Of a DNA stretch of 64,000 bases, positions 13,052 through 24,856 are shown piece by piece. Source of the DNA: Mytilus californianus. Taxonomy: Eukaryota. The notes under the pieces were generated by a model, which was not told the origin of the DNA, ran no database searches, and worked only from the letters and a program-made list of their open reading frames with translations. The DNA lies in NCBI RefSeq assembly GCF_021869535.1, contig NW_026262723.1, forward strand, positions 67,208,001 through 67,272,000, in the 5' to 3' direction. How positions within the stretch are numbered: the first letter of the stretch is position 1; every line of letters starts with the position of its first letter. Both the position numbers and the translations under genes were made by a program.

Positions 13052-16000
13052 CCCCCCAAGGGTGACTGGGGAATAGAAGTATGGTCACCATTGGTCTTCC
13101 TCCGACCGGCAGTAAAACCCGTGCTAAAGTGGGGCGTCCGTTTGGCTGTGCGGGATGTACAAATTTGCAGCCACGTCCGGTCAGAATGGGGACGTTAAAT
13201 CCGATGCCTCGTGTAAAGAGAGTGCCACTCTCTTTGCACGTTAAGAACCCTTGCAACAACTCTTTGAGGGGTCCGTAGGTGACCTGTTGCAAGGCTAGTT
13301 TCTGTCCCTATCCAATATACCCTCATTTCCCGTGGCAGTCTAAATTTCTCCGACCTTAATCCCTTAATTTATTACAGAACCTACCTATTGTATTTATTGT
13401 GAACTTGTTCTCGTCCTGAATATGCATGAAATATTTGCCACTGTACGTTAAGCAACCAACAAACAATCAATCAATCAATCAATTATTTTTAAACATTCAA
13501 AAACATATAAAACAGCTGTATAGTGAGCTGTTCAAACAGACAACAGAAGAAAAAAAGTTTAGACATGCAGATCAGACTAAATTTGCCCCCCCCCTTTTTT
13601 CCCCCCCAATAACATACAGAACCTTTAAATGCTCCTCCCCTTTTTCAGAACCAAATGGTCATTCCCTATTAAACATTGGTAACTCATTCACCATAATACA
13701 TTGCATGGCCAATTTGACACAATAGATTACCCTTAATAAAATGAACCCCCAAGTGTGACTGGGGAATAGAAGTATGGTCACCATTGGTCTTCCTCCGACC
13801 GGCAGTAAAACCCTTGCTAAAGTGGGGCGTCCGTTTGGCTGTGCGGGATGTACAAATTTGCAGCCACGTCCGGTCAGAATGGGGACGTTAAATCCGATGC
13901 CTCGTGTAAAGAGAGTGCCACTCTCTTTGCACGTTAAGAACCCTTGCAACAACTCTTTGAGGGGTCCGTAGGTGATCTGTTGCAAGGCTAGTTTCTGTCC
14001 CTATCCAATATACCCTCATTTCCCGTGGCAGTCTAAATTTCTCCGACCTTAATCCCTTAATCTATTACAGAAACTACCTATTGTATTTATTGTGAACTTG
14101 TTCTCGTCCTGAATATGCATGAAATATTTGCCACTGGACGTTAAGCAACCAACAATCAATCAATCAATCAATTATTTTTAAACATTCAAAACCATATAAA
14201 ACAGCTGTATAGTGAGCTGTTCAAACAGACAACAGAAGAAAAAAAGTTTAGACATGCAGATCAGACTAAATTTGCACCCCCCTTTTTTCCCCCCAATAAC
14301 ATACAGAACCTTTAAATGCTCCTCCCCTTTTTCAGAACCAAATGGTCATTCCCTATTAAACATTGGTAACTCATTCACCATAATACATTGCATGGCCAAT
14401 TTGACACAATAGATTACCCTTAATAAAATGAACCCCCAAGTGTGACTGGGGAATAGAAGTATGGTCACCATTGGTCTTCCTCCGACCGGCAGTAAAACCC
14501 TTGCTAAAGTGGGGCGTCCGTTTGGCTGTGCGGGATGTACAAATTTGCAGCCACGTCCGGTCAGAATGGGGACGTTAAATCCGATGCCTCGTGTAAAGAG
14601 AGTGCCACTCTCTTTGCACGTTAAGAACCCTTGCAACAACTCTTTGAGGGGTCCGTAGGTGACCTGTTGCAAGGCTAGTTTCTGTCCCTATCCAATATAC
14701 CCTCATTTCCCGTGGCAGTCTAAATTTCTCCGACCTTAATCCCTTAATCTATTACAGAACCTACCTATTGTATTTATTGTGAACTTGTTCTCGTCCTGAA
14801 TATGCATGAAATATTTGCCACTGGACGTTAAGCAACCAACAATCAATCAATCAATCAATTATTTTTAAACATTCAAAAACATATAAAACAGCTGTATAGT
14901 GAGCTGTTCAAACAGACAACAGAAGAAAAAAAGTTTAGACATGCAGATCAGACTAAATTTGCCCCCCCCCCTTTTTTCCCCCCAATAACATACAGAACCT
15001 TTAAATGCTCCTCCCCTTTTTCAGAACCAAATGGTCATTCCCTATTAAACATTGGTAACTCATTCACCATAATACATTGCATGGCCAATTTGACACAATA
15101 GATTACCCTTAATAAAATGAACCCCCAAGTGTGACTGGGGAATAGAAGTATGGTCACCATTGGTCTTCCTCCGACCGGCAGTAAAACCCTTGCTAAAGTG
15201 GGGCGTCCGTTTGGCTGTGCGGGATGTACAAATTTGCAGCCACGTCCGGTCAGAATGGGGACGTTAAATCCGATGCCTCGTGTAAAGAGAGTGCCATTCT
15301 CTTTGCACGTTAAGAACCCTTGCAACAACTCTTTGAGGGGTCCGTAGGTGACCTGTTGCAAGGCTAGTTTCTGTCCCTATCCAATATACCCTCATTTCCC
15401 GTGGCAGTCTAAATTTCTCCGACCTTAATCCCTTAATCTATTACAGAAACTACCTATTGTATTTATTGTGAACTTGTTCTCGTCCTGAATATGCATGAAA
15501 TATTTGCCACTGGACGTTAAGCAACCAACAATCAATCAATCAATCAATTATTTTTAAACATTCAAAAACATATAAAACAGCTGTATAGTGAGCTGTTCAA
15601 ACAGACAACAGAAGAAAAAAAGTTTAGACATGCAGATCAGACTAAATTTGCACCCCCCCTTTTTTTTCCCCCAATAACATACAGAACCTTTAAATGCTCC
15701 TCCCCTTTTTCAGAACCAAATGGTCATTCCCTATTAAACATTGGTAACTCATTCACCATAATACATTGCATGGCCAATTTGACACAATAGATTACCCTTA
15801 ATAAAATGAACCCCCAAGTGTGACTGGGGAATAGAAGTATGGTCACCATTGGTCTTCCTCCGACCGGCAGTAAAACCCTTGCTAAAGTGGGGCGTCCGTT
15901 TGGCTGTGCGGGATGTACAAATTTGCAGCCACGTCCGGTCAGAATGGGGACGTTAAATCCGATGCCTCGTGTAAAGAGAGTGCCATTCTCTTTGCACGTT

Positions 16001-17618
16001 AAGAACCCTTGCAACAACTCTTTGAGGGGTCCGTAGGTGACCTGTTGCAAGGCTAGTTTCTGTCCCTATCCAATATACCCTCATTTCCCGTGGCAGTCTA
16101 AATTTCTCCGACCTTAATCCCTTAATCTATTACAGAAACTACCTATTGTATTTATTGTGAACTTGTTCTCGTCCTGAATATGCATGAAATATTTGCCACT
16201 GGACGTTAAGCAACCAACAATCAATCAATCAATCAATTATTTTTAAACATTCAAAAACATATAAAACAGCTGTATAGTGAGCTGTTCAAACAGACAACAG
16301 AAGAAAAAAAGTTTAGACATGCAGATCAGACTAAATTTGCACCCCCCCTTTTTTTTCCCCCAATAACATACAGAACCTTTAAATGCTCCTCCCCTTTTTC
16401 AGAACCAAACGGTCATTCCCTATTAAACATTGGTAACTCATTCACCATAATACATTGCATGGCCAATTTGACACAATAGATTACCCTTAATAAAATGAAC
16501 CCCCAAGTGTGACTGGGGAATAGAAGTATGGTCACCATTGGTCTTCCTCCGACCGGCAGTAAAACCCTTGCTTAAGTGGGGCGTCCGTTTGGCTGTGCGG
16601 GATGTACAAATTTGCAGCCACGTCCGGTCAGAATGGGGACGTTAAATCCGATGCCTCGTGTAAAGAGAGTGCCACTCTCTTTGCACGTTAAGAACCCTTG
16701 CAACAACTCTTTGAGGGGTCCGTAGGTGACCTGTTGCAAGGCTAGTTTCTGTCCCTATCCAATATACCCTCATTTCCCGTGGCAGTCTAAATTTCTCCGA
16801 CCTTAATCCCTTAATCTATTACAGAACCTACCTATTGTATTTATTGTGAACTTGTTCTCGTCCTGAATATGCATGAAATATTTGCCACTGGACGTTAAGC
16901 AACCAACAATCAATCAATCAATCAATTATTTTTAAACATTCAAAAACATATAAAACAGCTGTATAGTGAGCTGTTCAAACAGACAACAGAAGAAAAAAAG
17001 TTTAGACATGCAGATCAGACTAAATTTGCCCCCCCCCTTTTTTTCCCCCCAATAACATACAGAACCTTTAAATGCTCCTCCCCTTTTTCAGAACCAAATG
17101 GTCATTCCCTATTAAACATTGGTAACTCATTCACCATAATACATTGCATGGCCAATTTGACACAATAGATTACCCTTAATAAAATGAACCCCCAAGTGTG
17201 ACTGGGGAATAGAAGTATGGTCACCATTGGTCTTCCTCCGACCGGCTGTAAAACCCTTGCTAAAGTGGGGCGTCCGTTTGGCTGTGCGGGATGTACAAAT
17301 TTGCAGCCACGTCCGGTCAGAATGGGGACGTTAAATCCGATGCCTCGTGTAAAGAGAGTGCCATGCTCTTTGCACGTTAAGAAGCCTTGCAGCAACTCTT
17401 TGAGGGGTCCGTAGGTGACCTGTTGCAAAGCTAAATTTCTGTCCCTATCCAATATACCCTCATTTTCCGTGGCAGTCTAATTTTCTCCGACCCTAATCCC
17501 GGACGCCCCTATTACAGAACCTACCTATTGTATTTATTGTTAATTTGTTCTCGTCCTGAATATGCATGAAATATTTGCCACTGGACGTTAAGCAATCAAC
17601 AATCAATCAATCAATCAA
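13052..17618 (+). repeat. Tandem array of 7 SINE copies with 6 near-identical ~260-bp spacers (period 687-694 bp)
   Basis: SINE starts at 13052, 13746, 14433, 15122, 15811, 16500 and 17189; units are near-identical with a few diagnostic SNPs. Confidence 0.97.
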
Positions 17619-17624
17619 CTCCTC

Positions 17625-18090
17625 ATTACAGTTGTTGCCCTATAATTACGATTTTTACCAATTTGTTTGCGTTTTTTCTTAATAATTTAAAAACTATATT
17701 AGATAGATAGAAACTTTTAAGTAGCAAAAATGACCAGCAAGACAAGATCTACAAAAAAGTCAACTTGACAAAAATTGTTAGTCGACTCCTCATTGAAGTT
17801 ATTACTCTTTAATGATGATTTTTCCAATTTTTGCCCATTATTTTGGAAACTGTAAAAGATAGATAGAAACTTTAAATAGTAAAAATGATCAGTAAGGCAA
17901 GATCCACAAATAAGCCGTATGGTCGAAATCTTCAGTCGACTCGTTATTGGAGTTATTTTCCTTTAATGATAATTTTGTTGCCTATTATCTTGAAAAGTAT
18001 AATAGTAAAAGAAAAATGATCAGCAGAAAAAAGTTGTAAGTTAACTGTTAAAAGAGTTATTCCCCTTTAATGATGGTTTTCATTTAAAAG
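17625..18090 (+). repeat. Degenerate tandem repeats of HINE-core type
   Basis: Recurrent GAGTTATT..CCTTTAATGATG..TTT and GCAAGATCTACAAA motifs about 130-160 bp apart, similar to the cores at 3020-3100. Confidence 0.55.
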
Positions 18091-18820
18091 TGGCCATTGT
18101 TGAATATGCAGGTAAGTTAAAATAAAATAAAATATGTTCACATATGACAGCCGTAAAAGCATCATAGGCATGAATACCTTAGGACAGTTTTGACTTACTT
18201 TCTATGACATAATATGATACATGTAGTCATATGATGGTCATAAAATTTTTCCTAAGATATATTGTAATGCCGGATTTCCCCCTTTTTATTGTAAACCTAT
18301 GTCTGTATAGTTTCTTGAAATTATTGAGGATAAACGATAGATGTTAGTGAGATGTCTAATGTTGCAAGTAATGTCAGACTTGTAATTTGTTATTTTGGCT
18401 GTTGTTTCAATGATATGACAGATTTTTGTGTATGTCAGTTTGTTAAGAAGTTTTATTTCACGTACTGATTCCATATTTTCGCGGTAGTTACCTTATTAGA
18501 ATATAAACTCAAATAAAACTCTTCTAATGATCTACTAATGTATTTAAAGTCAAAACCCATCTTTATTGATGAAGATAAATCCATGTTTACAAACAATATC
18601 AACATTACGGGAATTTCCCTTGTGTGATCCATGGTTGCCGAATGGTAAACAATATGTAACAAGCTCTGCCATTGGTCAGTCGAAAGTATAAAAGCAAAAA
18701 CAGAACCGAGAGGGTGTTGGGTTGACAAAGAATGGGAAGTGAAAAACTTTAATAGAAGCTGGAATATGTCTGAGAAATACAGACAAGCGTTGAAAGTTAA
18801 CTTTGTTTTAATCTAAGATT

Positions 18821-18923
18821 GTCGGTGCCGGTGACGGTGCTAAATACGGGTGACGGTGACGGTGCTAAATATGGTTGCCGGTGACGGTGCTAACTACGGT
18901 TGCCGGTACCGGTGACAGTGCTA
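18821..18923. repeat. GC-rich minisatellite (GGTGACGGTGCTAA core)
   Basis: Four imperfect repeats about 24-27 bp apart. Confidence 0.85.
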
Positions 18924-19439
18924 TTGAAGTGATATTGAAGGTGCACATTAAGTGTTCTGTTGGCGGTTCCGACATGATTAATATGTCATTTAATTTGTTA
19001 TACTAAGTTGTTGTCTTCAGTAATGTAGTAGGGTGGTAATATCCTTAAATTGAGATTATAGAAAGATTCTAAATAAGTGGCAACCTTGTTACTTGACTGT
19101 TCAATTAAAGACTAGTTTTGTTTGTATATGCAAGACCAACCATTACCGGGGACCTGGCCAGACCAGTGAGAGAGCCGGCAAGACCCATTCTCTCCGTCGT
19201 GGATTATTTTTGATATTAATAAAATATGAAACTTTATTTTATTCAGATATTTTATTTCACAACTGAGTATATATATAAACACAAGTATACGATTTCCCTT
19301 TCTCTAACGTGTTTTGGTCCGACGGTAAACAATGGACGTCGAACCTTACACTTTATAGATCATTTTACTCTCTTTTTTCTTTGTGACCCTGTGTTCTCTG
19401 GTGGCCGACTCTAGCACCAGGGAGGCAGCGTTTCAATGT

Positions 19440-20420
19440 CTTATGACGTATCAGAGAATAATTTCGAAAACCAGGCCCATGGTTTTTAAAGGTCTATCTG
19501 AGCCATGTCAATCTCTGTAAAGTAAATTGTTTGATGAACATGATTTCAAATTTTGAATCATTTCTTCAGAAGGTTTTGAAAATTTAAAATTATTTAGAAG
19601 CCTAAGAGATGTTTGCTTTTAAACAATAGATTTATTGATATGTTGAACAGCTTCTATAACTGTGTCCGCGATAGTGGTTTGGTTTTTTTCAAATACTTTG
19701 TTCGCTTATTGATGCTTCTCAGGTTTATTGGTATCCAATTGTTCAAATGAAAAAAATGGTAAATCTTTTATCAAAAATAAATAAGGTGTTTCAGAAATTT
19801 TCGAAGTCCTGTTGGTAAAAGTTTGCAGATATTTAAGCCTGTTGGTGTTGAAGCAACAAGATGACAATTTGGCAGTATTTGATGACATACAAGAGCAATG
19901 GCTTTGCAAATTCTATAAATATCTGGATTTCTAATGTAATGGATGATTGAATTTTGAAGAATATATGACCGAATTATTTATAATGTTATATTGGTAAAAA
20001 TCGTGGTGAAATGAAAAAGTTCCAGCTGAATTTAGAAATACGTATTAAATCTGTTTTATTTGAATGAATATCTTATTTGCAAGAGCATACAGGACATGCT
20101 ATGGCAATACATAATATATACACAATGTGACAAAAGACTGATAGCAGAGAACAATACAATAATAATATAACTAATCAATAATATCCGATCTAGCTTTCCA
20201 GGCATTCTTCAAATAGTTAGAGCTTAATTGTAAGCATTCTAGATGTAGTTTTCAACTAACAAGATATTTCCATTGATGTCTTAATTATGTGGAGATAAAC
20301 ATGGATCTCCAGATTTGTCGTTGTAAATAGTTTTGAAACACAGTGTAGACAAAAGATTCCCCAAGATTTTTAAATACTAATTTCAAAAGTTCAATGTGTG
20401 TTTTTTTTATATTTTCGAAA
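19440..20420 (-). mobile_element. Possible decayed non-LTR retrotransposon fragment
   Basis: Broken minus-strand frames with LINE-like composition (ETPYLFLIKDLPFFSFEQLDTNKPEK, VFEKNQTTIAD); no diagnostic catalytic motif intact. Confidence 0.3.
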
Positions 20421-20887
20421 CTTTTCGCAATTTCTTTTGCAACTGTTTCTTGAGTAGGCTGTATAGTAAAATTATGATGATTATTATTGAAAGCAATGCG
20501 TTGATTGGTCAGATCAATTAAAAATAAGGTTATTTTGGAATGCTTTGATTATAATAATCCATCGAATAGTGAAAAATAAGAATTAAAAGTTGAAATTCCA
20601 ACAATTTAAACACAGAATTGACCCGTTTTCATTCAAAAACATCCTGTTTAACGTTTCATTTTGGTGTAAAGTAGATCAGAACTCTGTGACTATAAATCGT
20701 ATCTCTTATCCGAAAACTTAGCGGAGATAATGCGCTCATTTTACTCATTGTGACGTTAAATCGCAATTTCGACCAGCTGTAGATCAAGTAAGCAGTGTTA
20801 TGTTATTAAAAATGACACCGATTGTAAAACGTTTTTGTGTCTTTCTATTCCAAACTCTGCATTTACGTCAAGTTTCGTAAAAAACAG

Positions 20888-21179
20888 GTTTTTATGCCCC
20901 ACCTACGATGGTAGAGGGGCATTATGTTTTTCGGTCTGTGCGTCCGGTCGTTCGTTCGTACGTCCGTCTTTCCCGCTTCAGGTTAAAGTTTTTGGTCAAG
21001 GTAGTTTTTGATGAAGTTGAAGTCCAATCAACTTGAAACTTAGTACACATGTTCCCTATGATATGATCTTTCTAATTTTAATGCCACATTAGAGTTTTGA
21101 CCCCAATTTCACGGTCCACTGAACATAGAAAATGATAGTGCGAGGGGGGCATTCATGTACTATGGACTCATTCTTGTTC
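20888..21179 (+). mobile_element. Short HINE-type element
   Basis: TTTTTATGCCCC start, GTCC/GTTC microsatellite, GGGGGCAT subterminal inverted repeat, ends CATTCTTGTT. Confidence 0.75.
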
Positions 21180-21479
21180 AGAATATTCCAAAAAGTATAG
21201 CCATTTTGTCACAACGTCAGCAAAACGTAGCTGAAGCATTAATTCGATCAAAATGCTCTTATTCTAAAAAGTATATTATGATTATAATACTGCTTCAGTG
21301 TAAACCAAATGAAAATGTAAAATATAGATTATTAAAATCACAATCAAACAGTTGATCAGATGAGATTGTAAAAGATATTTGGAGTATTTAAACAACAAAA
21401 AAAATCTATTTCAAGTATGTTTCAATTTTTTTTTGCTTACTATCGGAACGTCGTCCATTTACAGGTTTTACATCTTTTA

Positions 21480-22640
21480 ACGACAAAAATGAATGTTATC
21501 GCAAATTGAAAAAAGAGAAATTGAGGGAAAAGGCGTATCTCAATTGTGAGAAACATAAAGACATGTATAATGCCACAAAGAGACAAACACGTGAAAATAA
21601 TGACAATATCAAATGCAATAGCTTGGATACATTGAGGCAGAGAAACCATTGCACAAGGATAAAACAAGAAAAAGAAGAAACTGAAAATAAAAGATTACAG
21701 AAATACAAAAGTCAAAGGACTTGAACAGTGATGAATTAAGTAAAGAAAGCATTCGAATCAAAGGTTAGTCAATACGGGTAGTTAAGAAACTAACGGGAAA
21801 TTTACTACGCACTCCTCTTAAACGGGCTGACGTATTATCCTCACATCTAAGTGGTCACAAAAGTCGTGCAGTTGAATTAATTTTGAAACATCTAAATTTC
21901 ACAACAATCTTTTGAGAAAAACAAGCCTTACTTTGTAATTCAGTCTCGAGTTCGAGATCGAGAAACATGTTGTTGTCGGAATCATGTTGAAGTTATGTAT
22001 TTATTCAAAAGCTGTATTGATTTCCGAAAGAAGCATACGCCTATAAATGATGCTTATCCTGTACTTGAACATTTGAATAAAACACTTTGTAAAAGAGCAA
22101 ACGGTAATGACTTTCATAATGTCAAATGTGTGGAACGAAAATGTACAGATTGTGGCTTGCAAAATTTTTAAATATCTGAAAAAAAACTTGGCAAAAGAGC
22201 TGATGCGCCCGACGTTAAGTGGATGTGAATACGTAACATTAAAAGTAAAAACATGCGATCGTAAAAACTTGACATTGGTTTAAAAAGTAACAAAACCGTT
22301 CCAAATGTTTCGGTTTCTTGTCGACCTTCTGTCGTAATTTTATTCCATGTATTCCGTGCTGAATGTCAAGTCCTCGCAACTAGAATCTCTTAAAACAAAT
22401 TTTCCCGAAAATGAAATTATTTGTGTACACGAATTCTCCTACAATTATGGATGTAAATAAAAAGAGAAATACGATCAAATAACTTTCAAAGAAGAGAAGT
22501 TTCGTTATACGTGACAATAATTTATCGCCAACCCTGTATCAGGCGATGAAAATTTAGATGAGTACCTGGAGCTCATAGAAGAAAAAATTTCGAATCTTAC
22601 GCATGTTTACAATTTTACGCTTGAAGTTTAGAGACTAGTA
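21480..22640 (+). pseudogene. Decayed DDE DNA transposase (CMC: Chapaev/EnSpm-like), 5' part
   Basis: Broken frames include RETCCCRNHVEV, RKCTDCGLQNFKISE, CVHEFS and EVSLYVTIIYRQ. The frame THVYNFTLEV*RLV continues after the LINE insertion. Confidence 0.6.
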
Positions 22641-22644
22641 CTCC

Positions 22645-22778
22645 CGGTGGATCGCTATCCTTGCCGTGGTCGGTGGGGGCTTCCGTGTCTCAGTGATCCT
22701 GAGAGCTATGCCAGCTGGAGCTTCGTCTCCTGGTAGGGTTACCCATGCTGGACAGGTCGAAGGGTAGAGACCAGACTA
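22645..22778 (+). mobile_element. RTE-clade 5' conserved motif (BovB/Bov-A-like)
   Basis: GAGAGCTATGCC...TAGGGTTACCCATGCTGGACAGGTC...AGAGACCAGAC parallels the recalled Bov-A/RTE 5' segment GAGCCATGCC..TAGGGCCACCCAAGACGGACGGGTC..GAGAGTTCTGAC. Confidence 0.6.
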
Positions 22779-22805
22779 GAGTTGCCCGATGTTTTGAATA
22801 AATTA

Positions 22806-22928
22806 GGCTCTCCAACCCGTGGGCCGTGAGTTGCTACCCGTGTCGGTGGTTAACTAGATCCTTGCGGATGAGGGCTGTAGTCAGACTCGTTACGTTCAGA
22901 AAATACTCGGACGGACTAGACTATAGTT
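22806..22928 (+). ncRNA. Candidate degenerate HDV-like ribozyme
   Basis: P1 GGCTCTC/GAGGGCT with a G1-U wobble; ATCC-TTGC-GGAT immediately before P1 3'; GT junction; P4-like stem; partial P2 AACTA/TAGTT. L3 is shorter than canonical. Confidence 0.35.
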
Positions 22929-23379
22929 CAATAAGATGCTTTGGCTCCGATATAATCTAAACGGAAGGTTGGATGGACCCGGTCCGATCAATCGGCTGGT
23001 CATGACGAGCCCTTTGGTTAATCCTCAACAATAAGCTTTCATATAATAATGTTCATTATATACACAGGTATTTAAATTAAACTATTTATAGTTAGGATAA
23101 CCGAAAAAGGCGATGGCTCATGGGTCAATCAAGTGGTACGCTTTCTATTTTGTTTGATGGATACGTTCTGCTTCAGTATACTATTCTTGGAACATCCGGT
23201 GCTTTTCCCAGTGGATCTTGGGTGCTAATTTTGGGGACGAGCTGCATATACTTGGAGCTCGTTTTCAGCATTAGCACTTGACCCCGGCTAACCACGGAAA
23301 CACAGCATCGCCCTTGTAGGCACTCTGAGGTGGGTGGATGACATGAATGGTGAACCTTTCTCGTTTCTTATTGCACACT

Positions 23380-24806
23380 AAAACCAACCCTCTAAATCAG
23401 CTTTGTTATATAAAAAAAGAAAATGTGATGATTCAGTGCCCTGTCAGGAAGATGCCAGTTGGCCCCGATTTATAGTTATTACAGGTACAGTCGAAAAACC
23501 TGTTTCAAAGATATCTCCTTTTGTGATTCACAAACAAATCCAGAGCATTGCTGGCACTGTAAAAAAAAGTTTCAAAGATGAGATCAGGAAATTTGTTGGT
23601 TGAATGTTCCAACAAAAGCCAATCAACAAATTTGCTGACAATGAAAACAATTACAAACTTTAATGTTTCTGCCTCTCCTCACAATAGTTTAAACAGTTGT
23701 AAAGGGATCATTCGAGACAGAAGTCAATATCTGGGCGACCTTACCGTGGAAGAAATGTGTGATGAACTTTCAAACAAAGGTGTAACTGATGTTGTTGGAT
23801 TTCAAATAAAAAAGAATTGAAATGTAATCAAAGTAAATACATAACTTTTGACCTTTAGAACTCCAACTCCTCCTTCATCTATTTCTTTAGGTTGCTTCGG
23901 AATCAGAGTTGACAGGTTTATCCCTAACCCAATTCGATGCTTCACTTGTCAAAAGTTTGGTCATGGAACCAATCAATGTCGTGGTACGCATAGATGCTTC
24001 AAGTGTTCTGACGAAGGGCACGAGGGAACAACCTGTAACTCTGAATCTTCTTAATGTGTAAACTGTGGTGAATCCCATTTTTCATCATCTAGGGACTGCC
24101 CTGTTTACCTTAAAGAAAAAAAATATTATTAATTTAAAACAGTGTCTGTTTCGAATGATCTTCTAGTTTCGAACAAACCATCGTACGCCGGCAAAGTTGG
24201 CCGCTCGTTCAGTCACGAGACTACACAAACTCGCATGACCTGGCCAATTGATGCTGATACTTTTACAAGGTTGCCTGTTGAAACAGAAACTTCCGATAAA
24301 ATAATAATTCCAAGAAAACTAAAACCAGTACTCAGTCAACTCAATCTTACTTACAGAGTTCAATGTCATCACCTAAAAAAAATGAAAAAAAGAAATCAAG
24401 TAAAAAAGATGTAGATAAATCAGACAGTTGGGGTAATGGATCTATCTGGGATTTTCCCGGTGACATAGATAAATCATGCGTCTTAAATAGTCTTCCTACA
24501 TCTGCATCTAATAAAACGTCTACTAGTTTATCTTCTGCATCTCGTACAAAGTCTACGAAAGCCCCGTTTTCTCTTCGTTCTCCAGAACAGATGAACGTCC
24601 CCAAAACGCCAGCAAATCCGTCCCCTCAGAGGTCTTCTGATAGGAGGTCGCGGGGTAGGGGTCGAGGCGGAGTAACACCAGCTGCTTGTAGTCAAGGAGA
24701 TCGACGATTCTCCTCAAACAATAGATTCGCAACACTTAATGATGAATCAGAAATGGAATGCAAAAGTGTTGTGCCACCCGAAAGATCACAATCACAGGGT
24801 GATTGA
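23380..24806 (+). pseudogene. LINE ORF1 (gag-like, three CCHC knuckles), frameshifted
   Basis: WPRFIVI, SPFVIHKQI, RSGNLLVEC, PHNSLNSCKGII, PNPIRCFTCQKFGH, CFKCSDEGH, CVNCGESH. Confidence 0.9.
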
Positions 24807-24856
24807 AATAAGAATGCTAGCAAACTCGATAGCATTCGTCCTTCTATTCATAAACC

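Noticed and set aside
13085-13200. HDV-like ribozyme within the SINE (GTC-TTCCTCC-GAC hairpin and CAGAATGGGGAC)
   Set aside because: No P1 partner for the sequence after the hairpin, no GG for P1.1, and the P2 strand order does not fit.
13047-17452. Repeated 65-116 aa ORFs (MQQVTYGPLKELLQG..., MVTIGLPPTG...) also at 4433, 51159, 58811 and 59698
   Set aside because: They are chance frames of the GC-richer SINE. Start, stop and indel positions vary among copies and no domain is evident.
13052-17618. CRISPR-like repeat/spacer appearance
   Set aside because: The spacers are near-identical, the repeats are ~430 bp, there are no cas genes and the context is eukaryotic.
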